From Eledone cirrhosa (lineage: Eukaryota), in contig OZ024748.1 of assembly GCA_964016885.1 (NCBI GenBank), positions 43,400,001-43,464,000 on the forward strand: a stretch of DNA of 64,000 nt, read 5' to 3'. Below are positions 1 to 7,771 of this stretch, one piece after another (position 1 is the stretch's first letter; the number at the start of each line of letters is the position of its first letter). The translations under genes and the position numbers were made by a program. The notes beneath the pieces were generated by a model that ran no database searches, was not told the DNA's origin, and saw nothing but the letters and a program-made list of their open reading frames with translations.

Positions 1-2
1 TC

Positions 3-620
3 GGACCGTGCTGCCTTTAATTTGTCCGCCGGTAAGCGGCGCGGACGGGAAAACACTGGAGCACCGGTGGTGGAAATGAAATGTTCAGTTGAGTGTGTTG
101 GCTCAGTGACTCGAAAATTTCCATCGGTGAGCTCCGGGAAAGAACCTAACAACGAATGGTAGGCGTCTCCAGCGGCAGCGATGAAGAATATGGGGCTGAC
201 TGTTGGAGCATCGGCTTTCCGGCCACGAATTGAAAAACCGGTGATGTCATTCACCACGCGTTGGCCACGGACGTCCACAGTCAAAGAGAAGATGTGGAGG
301 AAATCCGCTCCTAAGATAGGGTATGGCAAATCGGCAACCGTAAAAATCCACTTAAAATCCCTACGAAGATTTAGGAACTTAAGAGGAAGCGAGATTTTCC
401 CGTACGTCTTTATAGACGAGTGATTAACTGCCTGCAGAGTAACGAATGACTCTACGGGGGTAACTTTCAGGCAATGGACCGGCCAAATACTACAGGAGGC
501 TCCTGTATCCACGAGGAAACCTCTTCCCGACCTAAGGTCCTTAACGAAGAAATGTCGGTTTGGTGGCTTTATATTGAGGTCAACTGCCCCCATCAGCGGA
601 CCTCTTTGGCGTTTCCTGCC
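3..620 (-). CDS. pol: Retrotransposon Pol polyprotein, partial (aspartic protease plus start of reverse transcriptase); -1 frame relative to gag; truncated by the window edge
   Basis: Not in the ORF track. My manual translation is stop-free from 620 to the edge: GRKRQRGPLMGAVDLNIKPPNRHFFVKDLRSGRGFLVDTGASCSIWP...LQAVNHSSIKTYGKISL...FKWIFTVADLPYPILGADFLHIFSLTVDV...HFISTTGAPVFSRPRRLPADKLKAARS. The catalytic DTG is at 501-509. Confidence 0.9.
576..617 (-). promoter_or_regulatory. Candidate -1 programmed ribosomal frameshift signal (slippery A_GGA_AAC, 6-nt spacer, stem-loop)
   Basis: Minus-strand AGGAAAC (611-617) is in gag phase, followed by spacer GCCAAA and the hairpin GAGGTC-C-GCTG-atggggg-CAGT-T-GACCTC (604-576). 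The pol frame has a TAA at 621-623 and gag stops at 593-595, which confines the shift to this window. Confidence 0.75.
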
Positions 621-1363
621 TTATGAAACGAGCAATGTTGCACACAGTGGTTCGCGCTCTCAGCAAATCGCTCATGGTACCAGTATAAAGATGAACCTGG
701 TGACTTGGAACGACGTCTAAAAGATTGCGATCTCCCGCAGCTGCGGGGGCTCGAACGGGCACCACACCAGGCCTTCATCTTCTGGAGCTCCAGAATAGCC
801 TTCTGCATCGTCATAATAGCTGAGCTGTATATAGGAGCTGCCGCGCAGATGGCATGGCTAGGTGTGGCCTGAGCTGGGTGGGAAACAGCGGCAAGGGCTT
901 CGCTGCCTCCAGCACCCGTCACTTCGAAAACTTTGTCCGCTGAGGCGGCAAGCTGATCCACCATGCAAGTATGCCTAATGGGGGCCAAAATTGCCTGTAC
1001 GTTGGTCGGTAGGCACGAGAAGAACAACTGCTTCAGCATGGCAGGTTCCGCTACCGACCCCTCCGTTAGGTCCTTCATTCGCCTTAGGAGGTTCGATGGG
1101 GTGCCATCACCTATATGCTCCAGACGGACCAGAGCCCTAAATCTTTTTTCTGCAGACTGTGCAGTCCGGCTGAGTATTTCAGCCTTCAGAGACTTGTACG
1201 TCGCGTCGGTGGGTGTCTCTAACACCAGGTCCTTAATCGCTGGGATAAGTGCCGGCGGAATTGCACTAAGGACAATTCTGTTTGCCTCGAAAAATGCTTC
1301 GAGTTGGGCGAACCAGAACCTTACGTCGCCTGTGTACGTAGGTAGAACAGAATGAGATGCCAT
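593..1363 (-). CDS. gag: Gag-like protein of a Gypsy element (DUF7041-like N-terminus, degenerate C-terminal Cys/His knuckle)
   Basis: Part of ORF 593..1444; first ATG at 1363 (MASHSVLPTYTGDVRFWFAQLEAFF). Motifs include FWFAQLEAFF, YKSLKAEIL, IGDGTPSNLLRRM, LKQLFFSCLPTNVQAILA, LAASADK, an Arg/Ser-rich linker and YWYHERFAESANHCVQHC. Confidence 0.85.
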   Translation of the reverse strand: MASHSVLPTYTGDVRFWFAQLEAFFEANRIVLSAIPPALIPAIKDLVLETPTDATYKSLKAEILSRTAQSAEKRFRALVRLEHIGDGTPSNLLRRMKDLTEGSVAEPAMLKQLFFSCLPTNVQAILAPIRHTCMVDQLAASADKVFEVTGAGGSEALAAVSHPAQATPSHAICAAAPIYSSAIMTMQKAILELQKMKAWCGARSSPRSCGRSQSFRRRSKSPGSSLYWYHERFAESANHCVQHCSFHKAGNAKEVR

Positions 1364-1905
1364 TGGTATACCGTAGGTAATTTGCCAAAAAAAAATCGTC
1401 TCCGTTTGGAAAAATGTCTCCAACACAACAGAAAAGGAAAACAAAATCGCTTATTTTTCTTTGTCAAACAACTGGACAGGAAAAAGAATGCATCCGGGTC
1501 AATATGCAAAGGAGCGACTAACCGAGCGATGTCATTAATAAGGTATAGGCAGGGAACTTAAAACTAAAACCAACATGGTGGACTATTTCGCGGCAAAAAC
1601 ACTATTCATGGAGAAGAAAGCCGCCATCTTGTCATCCTCAAAACTTTTAGCCAGAGAAAAGAAGAAAAGAAGAAAAAAAAAGGAAAAAACATTCATACAA
1701 TTGCTGTTTGTTTGTGTGTAAATAACTTTGGGTGTTCGTTTTGCACATATGAAGAGTTTGATGTTAAGTGTTACAGAGAAATATGTTTAGATCGGTCAAT
1801 ACAGCCATATCAGAATCAAGTGTGTTGTTCTGTATTAAATGTTTTTTTCTCTCTTTTTTTTTTTATATACACATGGTACTATTTCCCATTTTTTTTTTTT
1901 TTTAA

Positions 1906-1919
1906 ACGTCAAGTCACCA
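1906..1919 (-). promoter_or_regulatory. Primer binding site, degenerate tRNA-Trp type
   Basis: Minus strand reads TGGTGACTTGACGT, one nucleotide after the LTR end. It resembles TGGTGACCCCGACGT, the complement of the tRNA-Trp 3' end. Confidence 0.7.
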
Positions 1920-1920
1920 A

Positions 1921-2370
1921 TTTAGCAGTTAAGAGTGTGTTATTGTTAGTAGCGCCATGAGTGACCAGTTCTGTAGAAAGATGTGGTAAGAACATCGACA
2001 TCGACTTTGTCTTGTTTTACATTATTTATTAATAAGGTTGAGCTATGTAGAGTTGAGTAGAGCAGGCATGCCAAGAGTAATGAAACAAACGAATTAAGGA
2101 CTTCAGAAAGCACGGTCCACTGGCTGAAGTGTTGCCAGGCCGTGGTTAAGTTGTTGTGTTACATGTTGGCTAGTGATTTCACGACGAAAGAAAGTTAGTT
2201 GTTTACCTTTTTACAGTCAGGATGCGAGAGACAGATTTCTCAAATCAACGCGGGAATTTTTCCCTCAGGGCGCGTAGAGATACATTCACTTCTACTGGCG
2301 CTGGTTGGCTGAGCTGAGCCAAATCACGCACAGAGAATGTATGTGAGCCCGCGGAATGTAGGTCACTACA
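1921..2370 (-). repeat. 5' LTR (~450 bp) of the Gypsy element
   Basis: Minus strand starts TGTAGTGACC (plus ggtcactaca, 2361-2370) and ends ...CTGCTAAA, one mismatch from the CTACA terminal inverted repeat. It abuts the PBS and has a minus-strand AATAAA at 2025-2030. The partner LTR is outside the window, so the boundaries are inferred. Confidence 0.65.
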
Positions 2371-2380
2371 GATTCAAACT

Positions 2381-2552
2381 CACACACACACACATCCTCA
2401 GTTTTATATATATAGATGTGTGTGTGTGTGTTTATATTTGTGTGTTTATTTATGTGTGTGTGTTTACATATATGTTTGTGTGTGTGTGTGCTTGTAGATG
2501 AGTGTGCGTGTGTATATATATATGTGTGTGTGTTTATATATGTATTTATGTG
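2381..2552. repeat. Compound (CA)n/(TG)n/(TA)n microsatellite
   Basis: Interrupted dinucleotide runs seen directly. Confidence 0.9.
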
Positions 2553-2838
2553 TCGGCTCACAATCGTAAGGTCGTGAATTCGATTCCGGTGATGCGTTGT
2601 GTCCTTGAGCAAGTCACTTTATTTCACATTGCTCCAGTTCACTTAGCTGGCAAAAATGAGTTGTACCAGTAATTCGAAGGACCAGCCTTGTCTCACACTG
2701 TGTCACACTGAATCTCCCTGAGAACTACGTAAAGGGTATGCGTGTCTGTGGAATACTCAGCCACTTGCACGTTAATTTCACGACTGTTCCGTTCATAGTA
2801 TCAGCTGGAACACTTGTCGTCGTAAACGACGCAGGGAC
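2553..2838 (+). mobile_element. tRNA-derived SINE with a CORE-like central domain, 5'-truncated
   Basis: A B-box-like GAATTCGATTCC (~2576-2587) is followed by GTGTCCTTGAGCAAGTCACTTTATTTCAC, resembling the CORE-SINE domain. The 3' boundary is approximate. Confidence 0.65.
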
Positions 2839-3717
2839 TCCATTTGTATATTTTTTTTGTTTTTTTTTGTGTATTTTATATCTGTATTTTTTTTTGGGGG
2901 GGGGGGGGGGGGTTCCATGTGATAGAAATTCTAACTATGTATCCGCCTAACTACTACCTTTCATACTGTAATTAACCCTCCGTTCTACTGTACGGTACTA
3001 TCGTTCAGTATGTAGATGATATATCTGTAACATAGATCCCCCTTTCAAAACTTCTTACTTAAACATCTCCCTACTTATTAGTTAGTATAGGTGCATATAT
3101 TTTTTTACTCACTTCAATCTGGATTCTCACTTGTAATTTTTTTTTTTTTTTTATTACTGATTTTTTATTTTTTATTTTTAGTTTTAATTTCCAACTCTCA
3201 TTCATAATTTCCACTGTGAAACCATAATACCTAGAATTAAGTATATTTTCTCTTAGAGGTTGATGGTCAATTCTACTGTCCATGCTTAATTTAGGGTAGT
3301 ATTGAGACCTATTGATACTCATACTCTCCCAACACCACTAGCTTTCGGCTGACTGCCACTGGCGGGTTGGCTAGCGGTAAGCTATATATTACAGGCCTGA
3401 ATAAGATCAGTGTTTGGTTGAGAGGGGGAACTGCCTAGGCGAATTTCGTAGAACTCTGCGGTAGTTGATGGTCAACTTCCTTCGGATCTGCGCCTGCGCA
3501 GACCGGTGGGGGTGAATTGGTACTCACAAGGGAACGGGCGAAGAACCCAAGAGAACACGCTTTGTCCGTTCCCATGTCCATTCAATTTGAATTGCCTCGG
3601 AAACATAACCTTATTATGTAACAAGCTGTCTGACGATGTCGCGGCACTGGCACACGGAACCGTGTGGCCACTGGCGCCATTGAAATATGCATCACAGCAT
3701 TATCATTAAAGGACTTT

Positions 3718-3897
3718 GGATTGGCAGTATCGGTAGAGGGTCGGACGCCATGCTTTGACGTATAGAGTTACCGCCTTTGCCATTCTGAGTTCAAATCCCG
3801 CCAAAGTTAACTTTGCCTTTCATCCTTACGGGGTCGATAAAATAAAGTACCAGTAATACACTGGCTAATTGCTGGCCTTGTACCAAAAGTAGAAACA
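3718..3897 (+). mobile_element. tRNA-derived SINE with a Meta/MESC-type core (octopus-like), flanked by a 19-bp target-site duplication
   Basis: A-box-like TGGCAGTATCGG, B-box GAGTTCAAATCC, and core CTTTGCCTTTCATCCTTACGGGGTCGATAAAATAAAGTACCAG. The direct repeat attatcattaaaggacttt occurs at 3699-3717 and 3898-3916. Confidence 0.85.
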
Positions 3898-4054
3898 ATT
3901 ATCATTAAAGGACTTTAACATCTGAAACTACTTCGCTTTTTTTTATTCTATATATATAACGGAGTAGGTGTGGTAAGGAACCAGATGGACCATAACGCAC
4001 CAGAAATAGCCGTCGAAACTGCTTGAGCTCTGCCGTCGGGGTTAAACTTTTTCC

Positions 4055-4087
<33 letters not shown>

Positions 4088-4247
4088 GTATATATATATG
4101 TATATATATATGTATATATATATGTATGTATATATATATATATATATATAGATATATGTATATATATATGTATATATATATGTATATATATATATGTATA
4201 TATATATGTATGTATATATATATATATATATATAGATATATATACAT
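4055..4247. repeat. (TA)n / (TATATG)n microsatellite
   Basis: Seen directly. Confidence 0.95.
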
Positions 4248-4569
4248 ATTAGAGAATGAGGGGTTTTTTTTTAAATATGAAAAAAAAACGAGATGTCCTA
4301 CACGAGTGAAAGTATAAGGAAAAAAGATGAAATCGAAAATGCAACTGGAGTCTTTTTAAGAATATTTATTTGTTTTGTGGTTTTGCTCGCAGATGCGATG
4401 AAAACCAAAAACCCTCCATCTCAATTCTACTTTTGAAAAGCACAAGAACTGCGAAACCGGTATATATATATGTATATAAGGAAAAAAGATGAAATATATA
4501 TATATACTATAAACTATGTCCATAGAATCATTTGATAATATATATACACCATTTCCTCTCCCAATTAAC

Positions 4570-4570
<1 letters not shown>

Positions 4571-4610
<40 letters not shown>
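4571..4610. repeat. (TA)n microsatellite
   Basis: Seen directly. Confidence 0.9.
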
Positions 4611-4613
<3 letters not shown>

Positions 4614-5224
4614 ATAATAATAAATTTCAAGACTAAAATCCAAAGAGGGCTCGATAAGGATAAATATATATCAAATATATAAGAACCGTAGAGCAAATAT
4701 TTATTAAAATAACAGATTAAAGTTTAAGCAAAGAATCGCTGCTTTCACCCTTAACGAGATCTTCTGAAACTAACAAAGTCAATCTGTAAACGCAGAAGTG
4801 GATATTTCAAAAAACGTTGCAACCGGAGGAAGACAGGAAGACGATACTTTGGTTCGTGGAAACGTTCGCTGGCTAAGAACGGGAAAAAACGAATAAGATA
4901 CGTCATTAATAGGAGCGGTGAAAAACAATTACGCGCAAAGACAGAACCACGTTTATGGTATAAAAGAGGTCGTAGACTAATGTTCTCATAGGCGGTTCAT
5001 AGAGACGTTCTCTGGCAATGAACGAAAAAAAGACAAAACCACGTAAATGGTATAGCAGAAGTCGTAGACTAAAATTCTAACTAGGAGACCGAATGAATCT
5101 CCGCTACAGAGTTAAGAACAAAGTAAATAAATACAATACAGAAGTAATAAAAATAAATAAATACATACACGCAAAACGAGCGAGACAGTAAACAAACAAA
5201 GATGGTAATGCAACGAAAAGTGAG

Positions 5225-5741
5225 GAAGGAGTCAAGTCCCTGAAATCGATGAACATAAGTTCTGTGAAATCGTGGACGAGAGAGAATATAGACCATCAAA
5301 CCCGGTCGAAATGTGAGTAAGGAGAGAATTTCGCACAGGTCAAACGGGAGGAAGAAGGAGTCTAGTCCCTGCAATCAATGAACATAAGTTCTGTGAAATC
5401 GTGGACGAGAGAGAATAAAGACCATCAAACCCTGTCGAAATGTTAGTAAGGAGAGAATTTCGCACAGGTCAAACGGGAGGAAGAAGGAGTCTAGTCCCTG
5501 CAATCAATGAACATAAGTTCTGTGAAATCGTGGACGAGAGAGAATAAAGACCATCAAACCCGGTCGAAATGTGAGTAAGGAGAGAATTTCGCACAGGTCA
5601 AACGGGAGGAAGAAGGAGTCTAGTCCCTGCAATCAATGAACATAAGTTCTGTGAAATCGTGGACGAGAGAGAATAAAGACCATCAAACCCGGTCGAAATG
5701 TGAGTAAGGAGAGAATTTCGCACAGGTCAAACGGGAGGAAG
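5225..5741. repeat. Tandem repeat, 129-bp unit x 4 near-identical copies
   Basis: The marker gaacataagttctgtgaaatcg recurs at 5251, 5380, 5509 and 5638 (period 129). The first copy is slightly diverged. Confidence 0.95.
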
Positions 5742-5870
5742 TAGGAGAGGGAATAGCAGAGAGTGAGTGAGTGAAAGTGTGATGAAGAGGCTAACAGAGA
5801 GAGTGACTGGTAGAGGGGGTAAAAGGAAGTGAGAGATACAGAGAAAAGGGGAAGCAGTAAGAAAGAAACA
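5742..5870. repeat. Purine-rich (GA/GAGT) low-complexity tract
   Basis: Degenerate gaga/gagt runs. Confidence 0.7.
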
Positions 5871-6146
5871 GACGGGTCATAGCGGAGGAAAATATATAAG
5901 AATGTTTATTTTACACCTAATTCTGTTTAATTGATTGTATATCTGGGCGATTACGCTGTCGAAATATTCGATAAATATTCCGTCGCAGCCGACGCGAAGG
6001 GCTAGTTTCGGTTATTTGTTGGAGATTTCTTCATAGAAGCCTTATTCTTATAGCCTGGTCTATTCGATTTTTATATGGTTAATTATGCTAATTGGGAGAG
6101 GAAATGGTATATATTTTATCTGGTGATTTTATAGACATGCTTTATG

Positions 6147-6147
<1 letters not shown>

Positions 6148-6240
<93 letters not shown>
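6148..6240. repeat. (TA)n(CA)n(TA)n microsatellite
   Basis: Seen directly. Confidence 0.95.
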
Positions 6241-6242
<2 letters not shown>

Positions 6243-6370
6243 CCGTCTGTGATTTATGCATTTGTTAACCTGGTAGAGCCCGACTCATCTCCACGCCTGA
6301 ATACAGCAGATTTCTTCCAGAGAAGGAGGGAGAGGTGAGAGAATGGAAGTGAGAAAGAGATATAGAGGAA

Positions 6371-6532
6371 GAATCGACCCCAGTACTAGACTGGTACTTA
6401 TTTATTGACCCCCGAATGGATGAAAGGCAAAGTTGACCTCGGTGGGATTTGAACTTAGTGAACGGAGAGTTGAAACGAATACTGCAAAGCATTTTATGCG
6501 ACGTTCTAACAACTCTGGCAATTTGCTGGCTT
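6371..6532 (-). mobile_element. Second Meta/MESC-type tRNA-derived SINE, reverse orientation, more diverged
   Basis: The reverse complement contains AAGTTCAAATCCCACCGAGGTCAACTTTGCCTTTCATCCATTCGGGGGTCAATAAATAAGTACCAG, homologous to the SINE at 3718-3897. Confidence 0.85.
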
Positions 6533-6550
6533 CACGTAGCAGTAAAAAAG

Positions 6551-6652
6551 CTCTCAGGAGAGCTTGACAGCAGATCTTCAAAGAAGGAGCCACCCTCTTC
6601 CCACCCCACCCACTTAAGCAAGTGCTTCGGTTCTTAAATTTATACTTTCATT
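6551..6652. repeat. Solo, inverted, diverged copy of the satellite monomer plus the array's left flank
   Basis: ctctcaggagagcttgacagcagatcttcaaagaaggagcc matches the reverse complement of the monomer. 6604-6652 matches the reverse complement of 7727-7775 at about 37/50 positions by manual alignment. Confidence 0.85.
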
Positions 6653-7000
6653 ATACGAAAATAAAGAAGAAAAAAAAAGACTATATTGCTAAGGGAGAAA
6701 ACTCTTATATTTTCCCGGATGTTAGTTATCTCTATTAAATATTTTCTCTCTTTCTTTTAAAATATTTACCACGATCATCAACTGGGAAAATGTTCCTTGG
6801 GAAACAATAAAAATATTGTTAGCAATAATAAATATCTCTTCAATTCTGGGTATAGTGGGGTTGTTCGGGTGGGACAATCATGAAGGGGAGGGGATAGAGG
6901 AGATCGCTGACCCCAACTTTCAATGGTGCCTCCTCAGATTTAGATTTAGATTTAAAATAAAAAAACATCCTGAAATAAGTTCCTTGAATTAGAGTGGCCA

Positions 7001-7308
7001 AACATCCCACCCACCCCAACATCATATCCCACCCCACATCATATCCCCATCCCACATCCCACTCCACATCATACCACACCCCTACCCACACCCACACCCA
7101 AATCATACCCCACCCCCACATCATACTCCACCCCACATTCAACTCCACATCATACCCCACCCCCTACCCACACTCCATCCCACATCATACCCCGCCCCAA
7201 ACCACACCCCCACCCACATCATACCCCGCCCCAAATCATACCCCCCACCCCTACCCACACCCCAGCCCACATCATACCCCACTACTACCCCACATCCCAA
7301 CCCACACA
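7001..7308. repeat. Degenerate C/A-rich minisatellite (recurrent cacatcatacccc / cccaccc motifs); G-rich on the minus strand
   Basis: Irregular ~20-40-bp recurrence of catcatac with C-runs. It produces the spurious His/Pro- and Trp/Gly-rich ORFs. Confidence 0.8.
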
Positions 7309-7677
7309 TAAGCGAGTGATCGTGAGGCTGGGATACTGGAACAGCCAAGTACACCTCACAAGAATTACCTGTTAGTTTTGATAAGACACGACAACGACGA
7401 TGACAAAAACTTTGTTGTCGGCTGCTAAAACTTCCATACAGAAATAGAAAGCAATATTGGAAAAGACTATAAATGCTATAAATGAGAGGAAATGGAAGGA
7501 AAGAGCAAGGACTATTAGACAAAGTAAGGAAGAAAAAAAAAGGTGACAGACTCTACACCTAGGTCAGAGAGGTATTTCAGGATGTTGTTGTTGTTGTCTC
7601 GTCTTACCGAACTATCAGGTGATGCACGTGAAAATGCTTGACTGTTCCAGTGCCTCAACCACGTGATCACTCGCTTT
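7309..7677. repeat. Diverged inverted repeat, ~95-bp arms (7309-7405 and 7580-7677)
   Basis: taagcgagtgatcgtgaggctgggatactggaacagccaag...tacctgttagtt...taagac vs the reverse complement of 7580-7677, taaagcgagtgatcacgtggttgaggcactggaacagtcaag...cacctgatagtt...taagac. Confidence 0.8.
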
Positions 7678-7771
7678 AATGCAATGTTGTTGTTGTTGTT
7701 TCTTCTTGTGTGTGTGTGTTGTCATCAACGATGGTATGGAAGTTAAGAGCTGAAACACTCGCTTGATAGGT

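Larger units (their letters stand above)
1..2370 (-). mobile_element. Ty3/Gypsy LTR retrotransposon, 5' part (5' LTR, PBS, gag, start of pol); continues beyond the left window edge
   Basis: On the minus strand the parts are collinear: LTR (TGTAG...CTA[A]A), PBS, ~540-bp leader, gag with WFxQxE and WYH knuckle motifs, then a -1 frame with aspartic protease (LVDTGA, ILGADFL) followed directly by the RT N-terminus. PR-RT order indicates Gypsy-type rather than Copia. Confidence 0.92.

Noticed and set aside
181-1561. Plus-strand ORFs 181..423, 963..1355 and 1352..1561, and minus ORF 580..765
   Set aside because: They are antisense or alternative-frame shadows of gag/pol with no recognisable motifs.
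2887-2912. T9-G17 homopolymer junction
   Set aside because: Simple low-complexity sequence with no supporting structure.
3720-3800. tRNA gene (A/B boxes)
   Set aside because: There is no cloverleaf. The boxes belong to a SINE head followed by the SINE core, as also at 2560-2590 and 6440-6530.
4735-4780. Minimal hammerhead-like motif on the minus strand (CAGAAGA-tctcgttaagggt-GAAA)
   Set aside because: The core deviates from CUGANGA and stems I and III are unconvincing. At best it is a decayed relic.
5081-5741. 129-bp unit (43 codons) as a coding repeat
   Set aside because: The frame that is open in copy 1 carries a stop in copies 2-4, and no domain similarity is evident.
2292-7522. Short ORFs rich in YI/TH/HP/WG
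   Set aside because: They derive from microsatellites, SINEs and low-complexity DNA.
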